A DNA stretch of 64,000 bases from an uncultured Alphaproteobacteria bacterium (GCA_963782885.1 CAWALL010000037.1:4745-68744); one strand, 5' to 3'; shown: positions 1 to 9,110, counted from the stretch's first letter. The notes: generated by a model from the letters alone, not told the origin. Made by a program: numbers and translations.

Positions 1-827
1 ACCGGAGCTCCTGGGTCAAGGACGCGGGCTTCGAAAAGTTCCCGGACAACACCGACGACTTCCTGAAACTGAGCAAAGAACTCAATAAGATGGGGCACCC
101 GGGCGGCTTCGCGCTCGGCCACGCCAGCGGCGACGGCAACGCCTGGGTGCACTGGCTGGTCTGGGCCTTCGGGGGCAAGCTGCTCACCGAGGACAACCAG
201 GTCGCGATCAACAGTCCCGAGACCAAGATGGCGCTCGAATACGTCCGCGAGCTCTATCCGAGCTTCGTCCAGGGGACCGCGTCCTGGAACGACAGCAGCA
301 ACAACAAGGCGTTCCTGGCCGGCGACATCAGCTACACGAACAACGGCATCTCGATCTACGCGGCGGCCAATGCCCAGAACATGGCCGAGATCGCCGAGGA
401 CATGGACCACGCCTACTGGCCGGTCGGCCCGGTCGGCAAGCCGACCGAGATGCAGGTCGGGTTCCCGTGGATGGCGTTCGCCTATACCGACTACCCAGAG
501 GCCTGCAAGGCGTTCATGACCTTCATGATGGAGGCGCCGCAGTACAACGCTTGGCTGGAACAGTCGGTTGGCTATTTCACCCAGACGTTGCACGGCTACG
601 ACGACAATCCGGTCTGGGACGAGGATCCGAAGCGCAAGGTGTTCGCCGAGGCGACCGAGCGTGCCCGCAGCATCGCCTACGCCGGCGACCTCGGCTATGC
701 CGCGGCGCAGGTGCTGGCCGATTTTGTGATTCTCGACATGGTCGCCTCGGCCGCCACCGGCGCGGCGAGCCCGGAGGACGCCATGGCCGAAGCGGAAAAG
801 CGCGCCAACCGCTACTATCGGGTCTGA
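1..827 (+). CDS. ABC transporter extracellular solute-binding protein (sugar type), 5' end outside window
   Basis: Frame open from position 3 to TGA at 825-827. The translated tail resembles family-1 solute-binding proteins. Two MalF/MalG-type permease genes follow directly. Confidence 0.8.
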   Translation, partial: RSSWVKDAGFEKFPDNTDDFLKLSKELNKMGHPGGFALGHASGDGNAWVHWLVWAFGGKLLTEDNQVAINSPETKMALEYVRELYPSFVQGTASWNDSSNNKAFLAGDISYTNNGISIYAAANAQNMAEIAEDMDHAYWPVGPVGKPTEMQVGFPWMAFAYTDYPEACKAFMTFMMEAPQYNAWLEQSVGYFTQTLHGYDDNPVWDEDPKRKVFAEATERARSIAYAGDLGYAAAQVLADFVILDMVASAATGAASPEDAMAEAEKRANRYYRV

Positions 828-832
828 TCAGC

Positions 833-868
833 GGCCGGGGGCGGCGGGCCGCCCCGCCGCCCCCGGCC
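833..868 (+). promoter_or_regulatory. GC-rich intercistronic stem-loop between SBP and permease genes
   Basis: ggccgggggcggcggg (833-848), loop ccgc, cccgccgcccccggcc (853-868). This is a perfect 16-bp inverted repeat with no T-tract, lying 6 nt after the SBP stop codon. Confidence 0.55.
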
Positions 869-905
869 TGCCTGGCTTGCTGGCTGCAGAGGAAGGATCG
901 GCACC

Positions 906-1859
906 GTGGCGACGATCGCTCGACCTGGCACCTACGAAGCCGCCCCGCCCTGGTGGTCCTGGACCCGGCTCAAGCACAATCGCAACTGGGTCGGCTTCTG
1001 GTTCATGGTGCCGGCGGCCGCGTTCCTGATTCTGTTCCTGACTTATCCGCTCGGCCTCGGGATCTGGCTGAGCTTCACCGACACCAAGATCGGGCGCCCC
1101 GGTGTCTTCATCGGCCTCGAGAACTTCGCGTGGCTGTGGGACGATCCGGTGTTCTGGCTCGCGGTCTTCAACACCTTCCTCTATACGATCGTCGCCAGCG
1201 TGGCCAAATTCGGGCTCGGCCTCTACCTCGCGATCCTGCTTAACCACTCGATCCCGTTCAAGGCCTTCATCCGGGCGATCGTGCTGTTGCCGTTCATCGT
1301 GCCGACGGTGCTCTCGGCGATCGCCTTCTGGTGGATCTACGACAGCCAGTTCTCGATCATCAGCTGGTCGCTCGAGCGGCTGGGCCTGATCGACCAGTAC
1401 ATCAACTTCCTCGGCGACCCGAACAACGCCCGCGCCTCGGTGATCGTCGCCAACGTCTGGCGCGGCATCCCGTTCGTCGCGATCACCCTGCTCGCCGGGC
1501 TGCAGACCATCTCGCCGACCCTGTACGAGGCCGCGATCATCGATGGCGCCAACCGCCGGCAGATGTTCCTGCACGTCACCTTCCCGCTGCTGACCCCGAT
1601 CATCGCCGTGGTCATGACTTTCTCGGTGCTGTTCACCTTCACCGACTTCCAGCTGATCTACGCGATGACCCGGGGCGGCCCGCTCAACGCCACCCACCTG
1701 ATGGCGACGCTCAGCTTCCAGCGCGCGATCCTCGGCGGCTCGCTCGGCGAGGGCGCTGCGATCTCGACCGCGATGATCCCCTTCCTGCTGGGTGCGATCA
1801 TGTTCAGCTGGTTCGGCCTGCAGCGGCGCAAATGGCAGCAAGGCGGAATTGACGACTGA
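906..1859 (+). CDS. ABC transporter permease (MalF/UgpA-like)
   Basis: 317-aa hydrophobic ORF with GTG start. EAA loop YEAAIIDGANRRQMFLHVTFPLL. Position matches an SBP-permease-permease operon. Confidence 0.9.
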   Translation: MATIARPGTYEAAPPWWSWTRLKHNRNWVGFWFMVPAAAFLILFLTYPLGLGIWLSFTDTKIGRPGVFIGLENFAWLWDDPVFWLAVFNTFLYTIVASVAKFGLGLYLAILLNHSIPFKAFIRAIVLLPFIVPTVLSAIAFWWIYDSQFSIISWSLERLGLIDQYINFLGDPNNARASVIVANVWRGIPFVAITLLAGLQTISPTLYEAAIIDGANRRQMFLHVTFPLLTPIIAVVMTFSVLFTFTDFQLIYAMTRGGPLNATHLMATLSFQRAILGGSLGEGAAISTAMIPFLLGAIMFSWFGLQRRKWQQGGIDD

Positions 1860-1891
1860 TCAAGGTAGAGAGCGACCAGGAGCAACCGGTC

Positions 1892-2839
1892 ATGGCCGAA
1901 CAGCTGACCCGCCTGCGCGCCGACGAGGTCACGGCTAAGAAAGCCGGCCTGCTCCAGGGCTGGCGGGACCGCCGCCGGGACGAGCGCCAGGGCATGGATT
2001 ACCTCGAGCGCTTGCACACCAAGCTGATCACGGTGTATCTGCCGCTCATCCTGTTCCTGATCGTCCTGTTGTTCCCCTTCTACTGGATGGCGCTGACCAG
2101 CATCAAACCGAACAACGAGCTGATCGACATGCAGACCCACAATCCCTGGTGGGTCGTCAACCCGACGCTCGAGCATTTCCACAAGCTCCTGTTCGAGACC
2201 GACTATCCGCGCTGGATGTGGAACACCATGTACGTCTCGGTCAGCGCGACCGCGCTGTCGCTGATCGCGAGCGTGATGGCCGCCTACGCGATCGTGCGCG
2301 TGCGCTACCGGGGCTCGAGCACGATCGGCGGCATGATCTTCCTCGCCTATCTGGTGCCGCCCTCGATCCTGTTCATCCCGCTCGCGATCATCGTCTTCCA
2401 GTATGGCCTGTTCGACAGCCCGCTCGCCCTGATCCTGACCTATCCGACCATCCTGATCCCGTTCTCGACCTGGCTGCTCATGGGCTATTTCAAATCGATC
2501 CCGTACGAGCTCGAGGAATGCGCCCTGATCGACGGCGCCGGCCGCGTCCAGATCCTGACCAAGATCATCCTGCCGCTGGCGATCCCGGGCCTGATCTCCG
2601 CCGGGATCTTCGCCTTCACGCTGTGTTGGAACGAGTTCATCTACGCGCTGACGTTCATCTCGTCGTCCGAGAACAAGACCGTGCCGGTCGCGGTGCTCTC
2701 GGAACTGGTCGAGGGCGACGTCTACCATTGGGGCGCCCTGATGGCCGGCGCGCTGCTCGGCTCGGTGCCGGTCGCGATCGTCTACTCGTTCTTCGTCGAG
2801 CACTACGTCTCCTCGATGACCGGCGCGGTCAAGGAGTGA
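1892..2839 (+). CDS. ABC transporter permease (MalG/UgpE-like)
   Basis: 315-aa ORF with multiple TM segments. EAA loop ECALIDGAGRVQILTKIILPLAIPG. The true start could be the internal ATG (MDYLERL...). Confidence 0.9.
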   Translation: MAEQLTRLRADEVTAKKAGLLQGWRDRRRDERQGMDYLERLHTKLITVYLPLILFLIVLLFPFYWMALTSIKPNNELIDMQTHNPWWVVNPTLEHFHKLLFETDYPRWMWNTMYVSVSATALSLIASVMAAYAIVRVRYRGSSTIGGMIFLAYLVPPSILFIPLAIIVFQYGLFDSPLALILTYPTILIPFSTWLLMGYFKSIPYELEECALIDGAGRVQILTKIILPLAIPGLISAGIFAFTLCWNEFIYALTFISSSENKTVPVAVLSELVEGDVYHWGALMAGALLGSVPVAIVYSFFVEHYVSSMTGAVKE

Positions 2840-2871
2840 CATGGCCCGCGAGGGCGCCCTCGACCTTCCAA

Positions 2872-3873
2872 TCAGCGGGCGGCGCGGCGGCGGATGCGGA
2901 ATGAGGCATACAGGTTTTCGAACAGGGCGCCGCCCTGGTCGAGACGGTCCTCATCCTTGGGATGGGCGCGGGCGATGCCGGTGATCAGGCTCGCGATGCC
3001 GGGCGCCTCGTCGCGGCCGAACTTCGCGTCCTTGAGATCGATGTCGTGCACGATCTCGGCGATCGCGCGCAGGGCGGGATCATCCAGCCCGGCCTGCTCC
3101 AGCAGGACCTCAAAGGTGCATCGATCACCCTGGTGGGTGAACTCGGCCTCGAACATGTCGAAGCGGAGCTCCCTAAATTCCGGCTGGTAGCCCTTGGCCG
3201 GGACGAACTTGAATTGGGCTTGCGGATCGATGAAGCGGCGGATCAGCCAGGCCGAGGCGATCCGGTCGACGAACACGCCCTCTCGCGTCACCCAGGTCCG
3301 TCCGCGGCTATTCTGCAAGGCCGGCACGTCGCTGGCTGGCGCTTCGAGCACCTCTTCCTCGGCCGGCTCGGCGACCCGATCCGCAAGCTCGGCGAGCAGC
3401 GCCTCCACGGACGTCCGCCGATCGGCACCAAAAAAATCGATCGCCACGACCTGCGCGAGCCGGTTCTTGAGCCGCCCGAGCTGCGCTTTCGCTTCGGCTC
3501 GCTTGTCCGGCGGCGGCGCGTCGTCGAGCCCCGCGGCGATCGATCGCGCCTCTTTGGCGATCGCGTCGTAATCCTCGCCGCGAGCACGATTGAACAGCGC
3601 GCGCACCTCCTGATCAGAGTGGCCGGCGATCAGCTTGGCCTCGCACACCACGGCTTCGCCTCCGCCTTCGCTGATCTCACGGAGCAGCCACTCGAAGTCC
3701 TCCTGCGTCTGCTCGTCGCAGGGCAGCGCATAGACTGCGTTCTTCACTGCCACGGCACCAATGGCCTGCAACCGGCGCCAGACCTTCACCCGGAAATAAG
3801 CAGGCTTGGCCGGCAGCTGGTGGATCAGCAGCAGCCAGCGGCTTCCGGCGGAAGCGTCGGCCTGAGCGCTCAC
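2872..3873 (-). CDS. chrB: ChrB-domain chromate resistance/regulatory protein
   Basis: 333-aa ORF. N-terminal WLLLIHQLPAKPAYFRVKVWRRLQAIGAVAVKNAVYALP and C-terminal WVTREGVFVDRIASAWLIRRFIDP...FTHQGDRCTFEVLLE are characteristic ChrB N- and C-domain sequences. Confidence 0.8.
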   Translation of the reverse strand: MSAQADASAGSRWLLLIHQLPAKPAYFRVKVWRRLQAIGAVAVKNAVYALPCDEQTQEDFEWLLREISEGGGEAVVCEAKLIAGHSDQEVRALFNRARGEDYDAIAKEARSIAAGLDDAPPPDKRAEAKAQLGRLKNRLAQVVAIDFFGADRRTSVEALLAELADRVAEPAEEEVLEAPASDVPALQNSRGRTWVTREGVFVDRIASAWLIRRFIDPQAQFKFVPAKGYQPEFRELRFDMFEAEFTHQGDRCTFEVLLEQAGLDDPALRAIAEIVHDIDLKDAKFGRDEAPGIASLITGIARAHPKDEDRLDQGGALFENLYASFRIRRRAAR

Positions 3874-4013
3874 AGACGTATCTGTATCATGAATTCGTGA
3901 TTATGCAACGCTTGTATCATCTGAAACCCTCGCTATGGTGTCGGCGTTCATAAAGGCATCGGGCCCACCCGAGGTGACCAACCCGCTACGGTCACCTCAC
4001 CTGCTTCCCGTGT

Positions 4014-4469
4014 ATGACGCATGCCGACGAGAAATCGGACCAAGCCGCGCTCGCCGGCGCGCTCAAGGGAACGAAAGTGACGCTGGAGGAGGGGCTGAAG
4101 GCGAGCGCGCGCGACGGGACCCCGATCTCGGCCAAGTTCGAGGTTGCCGAGGACGGGAAGCTCCAGCTTTCGGTCTATACGGAGAAGAGCGGCGGGTTCT
4201 CCGAAGTCGTCGTGGACCCGACGACCGGCGCGATCGCCGGGGCCGAGAAGATTACGGACCCCGGAGATCTCGAAGCTGCCACGAAGCAGAAGGCGGTCAT
4301 GGGCAAGACGACCGTCTCGCTGCTCGCCGCCACCGAGAAGGCGATCAAAGCCCACCCCGGCTATCGCGCCGTCAGCAGCTTTCCCGAGATGGCGGCCGGT
4401 CACCCGACCGCGGAGGTGACCCTGCTGCATGGCCAGACCTTCAAGAAAGTAGCGGAAAAGCTGGGCTAA
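4014..4469 (+). CDS. PepSY-like domain protein (two repeats), no signal peptide detected
   Basis: 151-aa ORF with high GC3. Two halves each resemble PepSY folds (KVTLEEGLKASARDG...FEVAEDGKLQLSVY and VSLLAATEKAIKAHPGYRAVS...AEVTLLHG). An in-frame TGA 13 codons upstream excludes a longer N-terminus. Confidence 0.6.
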   Translation: MTHADEKSDQAALAGALKGTKVTLEEGLKASARDGTPISAKFEVAEDGKLQLSVYTEKSGGFSEVVVDPTTGAIAGAEKITDPGDLEAATKQKAVMGKTTVSLLAATEKAIKAHPGYRAVSSFPEMAAGHPTAEVTLLHGQTFKKVAEKLG

Positions 4470-4539
4470 GGCGCGCCAAGACCCGCCGCTACACAGACCG
4501 CAAAAACTCGCAGCACCCAAGCAGACGAGGAGGCAGTTC

Positions 4540-5430
4540 TTGATGCGCGTAGCGATCTCACTGACGACGATCTCTCTCGTCATGGGCCTGTGCGGGCCCT
4601 GTCTCGCCGCCCAGGCCGACTGGCAGGCAGTAGAGAAAGCGATCGGCGTGGCCGGCTCGATGCAGCCCGGCGATGTCTACAAGATCAGCCTGCCGCGCAG
4701 CGATCTTAAGGTCACGGCCGACGGGGTGGCGGTGAAGCCCGCGCTGGCGCTGGGCTCGTGGCTCGCCTTCAAGCAGGTCGAGAACAAGACCATGGTGGTG
4801 GGCGATCTCGTGCTGACCGACGCCGAGGTCAACCCGGTCATGACCAAGCTCGAGGAGGGCGGCATCCAGATCACCGCCCTGCATCACCATCTCGACAATC
4901 TGAAGCCAGACGTCATGTTCATGCACGTCGGTGGCGAAGGCGACGCAGCCGGCCTTGCCGAGGCGTTACGCGCCGGGCTGGCGCTTAGCAAGACGCCGCT
5001 CGGCGGATCGCCGGGCAAACCGGCTGCCGAGAAGTTGGCTCTCGATTCCGCCGGGCTCGACAAGATCATGGGTTACCAGGGCAAGGCCGGTGGCGGTGTC
5101 TACCATTTCACCATTCCGCGCTCCGAAGAGGTCACGGAGGCAGGGATGGCGATCCCGCCGGCCATGGGCACCGCCACTGCCATCAACTTCCAGCCGACCG
5201 GCGACGGCAAGGCGGCGATCACCGGCGACTTCGTGATGACCGCCAACGAGGTGAACCCGGTGATCCGTGCCCTGCGGGAGCACAGCATCAAGGTCGAAGC
5301 CCTGCACAACCACATGCTCTCCGAGGAACCGCGCCTGTTCTTCATGCATTTCTGGGCCAATGCCGACGCGCAGACCCTCGCGCGCGGTCTGCGCGCCGCG
5401 CTCGACCAGATGAACGTCGCGAGGAGCTGA
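4540..5430 (+). CDS. DUF1259 (LppY/LpqO-like) secreted protein
   Basis: 296 aa with an N-terminal signal peptide (ISLTTISLVMGLCGPCLAAQA). Internal duplication carries the DUF1259 hallmark motifs (EVNPVMTKLEEGGIQITALHHHL...MFMH and EVNPVIRALREHSIKVEALHNHM...FFMH). GAGGAGG RBS upstream. Start is TTG 4540 or ATG 4543. Confidence 0.8.
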   Translation: MMRVAISLTTISLVMGLCGPCLAAQADWQAVEKAIGVAGSMQPGDVYKISLPRSDLKVTADGVAVKPALALGSWLAFKQVENKTMVVGDLVLTDAEVNPVMTKLEEGGIQITALHHHLDNLKPDVMFMHVGGEGDAAGLAEALRAGLALSKTPLGGSPGKPAAEKLALDSAGLDKIMGYQGKAGGGVYHFTIPRSEEVTEAGMAIPPAMGTATAINFQPTGDGKAAITGDFVMTANEVNPVIRALREHSIKVEALHNHMLSEEPRLFFMHFWANADAQTLARGLRAALDQMNVARS

Positions 5431-5433
5431 TCC

Positions 5434-6110
5434 GTGCGACAGTATCGCGGTGACATGCCGGGGCGCTCCGCGTCCAGCAGACCGACGGACGGCGCGACGC
5501 AGGCGGTGAAGGCGGGCGGCTTGCCACGCTGTCGCGAGCTGCTCGCCGTGACCTTCACGCTCGCGGGGCTCTTCGCCTGGGGCCTGCCTGCCGCGGCGGG
5601 CCCGGCGCAGCCGCTCGTGCTGGAGCAGAAGATCCCGCTTGGCGAGGTTCGCGGGCGGATCGACCACCTCGCGATCGATCTCGCCCGGCAACGGCTGTTC
5701 GTGGCCGAGCTCGGCAACAACAGCCTGGGCGTCGTGGATCTTGCTGCCGGCAAAGTCCTGCGCGGGATCGGCGGGCTCGAAGAGCCGCAGGGTGTTGTCT
5801 ATGACCCCGCCTCCGACACGGTCTTTGTGGCCGATGCCGGCGATGGCTTGGTTCATCGCTTCAAGGGGCCCGAGCTCGCCCCGCTCAACTCCATCGAGCT
5901 CGGCGACGATGCCGACAATGTCCGCCTCGCGCCCGGGGACGGACAGGTGGTGGTCGGCTACGGCGAGGGCGGCCTTGCCTTGATCTCGGCCGCATCCGGC
6001 AAGATCGACGGGAAGATCCCTCTGCCCGGGCATCCCGAGGCCTTCGCGCTCGAGCGCAATGGGCCGCGGATCTTCGTCAATGTGCCGGACGCGCGCCAGA
6101 TCGTCGACGA
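5434..6110 (+). pseudogene. YncE-like beta-propeller repeat protein, 3'-truncated
   Basis: Signal-peptide-like N-terminus, then beta-propeller repeats (LFVAELGNNSLGVVDLAAGKVL, VVYDPASDTVFVADAGDGLVHRF, VVVGYGEGGLALISAASGKI, RIFVNVPDARQIV). Recognisable sequence stops near 6110. The ORF then runs on to 6459 as Arg-rich nonsense, antisense to the next gene. Confidence 0.5.
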
Positions 6111-6187
6111 TCAGAACGACGATCGCCTTCTCGCTCGAGATTCTGCGAACGCGCTCCATTGCCTAGTGTCGGCCTGCGGTTCCCAGT

Positions 6188-7384
6188 TCAATCGCCGCCG
6201 CGGGAGGGATTGGCGGGCGCAGGCATGGCCGCGTAGGAGTAGGAGCGGCCCTTCCAGACCACCCGGCCCGTCCTCCGCCGTCGCACGCTGTCGAAGGCGA
6301 TCACGGCGCCCGCCGTGTACCCGAGCGGAAACAGCAGCCCGTACCAGAGCGGGATGCGGAAGTGGGCTGCGCCTGCAACATGGAAGGCGAGGGCGATCGC
6401 CGAGGCGCCGACGGCGAGCGCGAGGGCGATGCGGTCGAGGGGATCGGCGGCGCCGGTGAGCAGGCTCGCAACCGGGATCAGGATCAGGCCCCAGGCCAAG
6501 GTCAGACCGAGCCCCGCGGTCGCGATCGTCGCCCTGCGCCCGCCTAGAAGATCAATCAGGTTCTTGGCGATGCCGGCGCGAAGGGAGTGCCAACCCGAAT
6601 ACATCCGGGTTTCGAGCAGTCCGTCGCCGTCCCACATCGCGACCCTGCCTCCCGCCCGCTTGACCGTGCGGGCGAGTTCGGTGTCTTCGCTGATCGCGCT
6701 CGCGACCGCGCTGTGGCCCGCGACCGCCTCGTACGCGGTCCGCCGCACCAGCATGAACATGCCGGTCGCGGCGACCTCGTCGACGTCTGGCTGCTCGGTC
6801 TTCCTGAGGTCCTGGACGAACGACAGCAGGTAGAAGCCGCAGGGCATGATCAGACGTTCGGCGAAGGTCACCAGAATCTGAGCCGGCGCGAGCGACAGAA
6901 GGTCGAGCCGTTCCGTCTCCGCGGCGGCGACCGCGCGCCGCAGCAGGTCCTCACGAACGGTGACGTCGGCATCGAGGAAGCAGAGCCACTCGGGGTCGCC
7001 GCGCAGGCTGCGCGCGCCCACCCAACATGCATGGCCCTTGCCGGTCCAGCCGCTCGGAAGCGGCGGCACGCGAACCACAGACAGCCGGCGGTCGCGCTCG
7101 GCCGTCGCGCGTGCGATCGCGCCGGTGGCGTCTTCGGATTCGTCGTCGACCAAGCTGACCTGGAGCCGGTCGCTCGGATAGCGCTGGTGCAGCACGCCAT
7201 CGAGGCACGCGGCAACCTTCGCCTGCTCGTTCCTTGCCGGAATGATGATCGCGACCTCGGGCGCTCGTGGCAAGGCGACTTCGGAGCGAGAGTCAAGGCG
7301 GCGGACCACGCGGGCCTGCCGCACCGCGCGCACCATGAGGACGAACACGGCAAGAAACAGAGCCAGCGAAAGTATGGGTACCAT
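6188..7384 (-). CDS. Family 2 glycosyltransferase, membrane-anchored
   Basis: Start placed at internal ATG 7384 (MVPILSLALFLAVFVLMV TM helix). GT-A motifs: IIIPARNE, LVDDESED, SGWTGKGHAC, FLDADV, ISEDTELA. C-terminal TM helices. Confidence 0.8.
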   Translation of the reverse strand: MVPILSLALFLAVFVLMVRAVRQARVVRRLDSRSEVALPRAPEVAIIIPARNEQAKVAACLDGVLHQRYPSDRLQVSLVDDESEDATGAIARATAERDRRLSVVRVPPLPSGWTGKGHACWVGARSLRGDPEWLCFLDADVTVREDLLRRAVAAAETERLDLLSLAPAQILVTFAERLIMPCGFYLLSFVQDLRKTEQPDVDEVAATGMFMLVRRTAYEAVAGHSAVASAISEDTELARTVKRAGGRVAMWDGDGLLETRMYSGWHSLRAGIAKNLIDLLGGRRATIATAGLGLTLAWGLILIPVASLLTGAADPLDRIALALAVGASAIALAFHVAGAAHFRIPLWYGLLFPLGYTAGAVIAFDSVRRRRTGRVVWKGRSYSYAAMPAPANPSRGGD

Positions 7385-7587
7385 TCGCACTCGCCATCCG
7401 CGCTCGTTCCGGCACCTTGGTCGCGTAGTTAACCGCCGGGTCCGCCGCAGGTTCCGCTGCCGTTGCGGCTGCCGATCGTCGCCATGCGCAGTGCTCGGGC
7501 GGTCCGGCAGAAGCACGTTGCGGCGACGGAACTTTCGCGCGACGGCGATGGTTAGGTTGTCGGGCTGTTTCGGATTGGGAGAGAACG

Positions 7588-7809
7588 ATGTGCTGGCGGT
7601 CTGCCTCTGAATATCACCTCTATGCGGGCGTCAGTTCCAAGCCCGTGCGCACCATCTCGAAGCCCGCGCGTTCCCTGGTGGAGGTGCTGCGCGATCTGTT
7701 CCGGCCGCGCCGGTCGCGGGTGGTGCCGGCCCAGGTGGTGCCGTTCCCGGCCGGTCGCGTGGCCGGCACCGGGAAAGCGGTCGATCGCAAAGGCCCGGAG
7801 GCGGCCTGA
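7588..7809 (+). CDS. Hypothetical small protein (73 aa or shorter)
   Basis: Only support is strong third-position G/C bias in this frame, inside an otherwise empty ~540-bp gap. No recognisable domain. Confidence 0.3.
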   Translation: MCWRSASEYHLYAGVSSKPVRTISKPARSLVEVLRDLFRPRRSRVVPAQVVPFPAGRVAGTGKAVDRKGPEAA

Positions 7810-7923
7810 ACCGCGCTTCAGCCCGGCTCGGCAGCAACGACGAAAGATTGTTCTCGCGGGCGCACCTGCGCCGCTGGGATCATAGCCTGACCGGAGCGCG
7901 GCGCCCTCCCGCGCCGTCGGTCA

Positions 7924-8751
7924 TCAGAGAGCGGGCGCGGTCAGGGCGTCGGCTCCGACCTGCCGGCGCAGCCAGTCGAGCCATAGCTCCATACCCTGAC
8001 CGCTGGTCGCCGAGAGCTGCAGGGACGCGATCCGGGGATTGACCCGGCGGGCGTACGCGAGACAGCGCACGGGGTCGAAGTCGACGTAGGACAGCAGGTC
8101 GATCTTGTTCAGAACCATCAGCCCCGCGGTCTTGAACATGTGCGGGTACTTCAGCGGCTTGTCCTCGCCTTCGGTCACCGACAGGATCACGACCCTGGCG
8201 CGCTCGCCGAGATCGAACAGAGCGGGGCAGACCAGGTTGCCGACGTTCTCGATCATGACCACCGAGTTCAGGGGCGGTTCCAACTGCTTCAGCGCGCTGG
8301 CCAGCATCTCGGCATCCAGATGACAGCCGGTGCCGGTGTTGACCTGGACGACCCGGCAGCCGGTCGCGCGGATGCGCTCGGCATCGACCAGGGTCTCCTG
8401 ATCGCCCTCGATCACGCTGATCGGTAGGTCGGGGCCGAGCGCGCGGATCGTGCGCTCGAGCAGCGTCGTCTTGCCTGCGCCCGGTGAGCTCATCAGGTTC
8501 AGCGCCAGAATCCCCCGGCCCTCGAGCCAGCCGCGGTTGCGCTCGGCCAGTCGGTCGTTCTTGGCCAGCACCGCCTGCTCGAGCGCCACCGTGGTGCCGT
8601 GATGATGAGGATGCGCGTGCGCTTGATCGTGCGCATCATGGTGATGGTCGTGGTGGTGATGCTCATGGGCGCCGATCGCCCGGCGCTCGCCGTCGGCCAG
8701 ATCGGTCAGGGTCGGATGGGCGTGATCTGAGCAGCCGCAGGTCGTGCACAT
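7924..8751 (-). CDS. hypB: Hydrogenase nickel incorporation GTPase HypB
   Basis: Start MCTTCGC. His-rich tract HEHHHHDHHHDAHDQAHAHPHHHG. P-loop SSPGAGKTT. ENVGNLVCP and NKIDL motifs. Its ATG overlaps the hypA stop codon (TGATG). Confidence 0.95.
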   Translation of the reverse strand: MCTTCGCSDHAHPTLTDLADGERRAIGAHEHHHHDHHHDAHDQAHAHPHHHGTTVALEQAVLAKNDRLAERNRGWLEGRGILALNLMSSPGAGKTTLLERTIRALGPDLPISVIEGDQETLVDAERIRATGCRVVQVNTGTGCHLDAEMLASALKQLEPPLNSVVMIENVGNLVCPALFDLGERARVVILSVTEGEDKPLKYPHMFKTAGLMVLNKIDLLSYVDFDPVRCLAYARRVNPRIASLQLSATSGQGMELWLDWLRRQVGADALTAPAL

Positions 8752-9080
8752 CACAACAGCTCCATCTCTTTGATCCTGAGCTCCTCGCCGGCGAGCCACT
8801 GGAGGTCGTGCGAACCGCAGCCGCATGCGGAAAAAAGATCGCTCAGCTCCAGCTCAGCGCCGCACGCGTGGCAGCGGGCGCGGCCGCCAATATCGAGGAT
8901 CTCGAGCTCGGCGCCGGCCAGCGGCGTGCCTTCGGTACAGAGCTCGAAGCAGAAGCGCAGCGCGTCCGGCATCACGCAGGTGAGCCGGCCGATCTCCAAC
9001 GTCACGCGGCCGACCCGGGCATCCCCCGCCCGTGCCGAGCATGCCTCGACGATGCTGCTTGCGAGGCTGAACTCATGCAT
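8751..9080 (-). CDS. hypA: Hydrogenase maturation nickel metallochaperone HypA
   Basis: 109 aa. MHEFSLA N-terminus and zinc site CHACG...CGCGS. Confidence 0.95.
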   Translation of the reverse strand: MHEFSLASSIVEACSARAGDARVGRVTLEIGRLTCVMPDALRFCFELCTEGTPLAGAELEILDIGGRARCHACGAELELSDLFSACGCGSHDLQWLAGEELRIKEMELL

Positions 9081-9110
9081 GGGCCGCTCGGGAGGCTGTC
9101 GGCGGGGTCA

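Noticed and set aside
6188-7384. Calling the GT2 gene hpnB (hopanoid-associated glycosyltransferase)
   Set aside because: It shares the generic GT-A motifs and a WTGK segment. But it lies 11 kb from the hpn genes, on the other side of the hyp cluster. I cannot discriminate it from CrtQ-like or other GT2 enzymes without a search.
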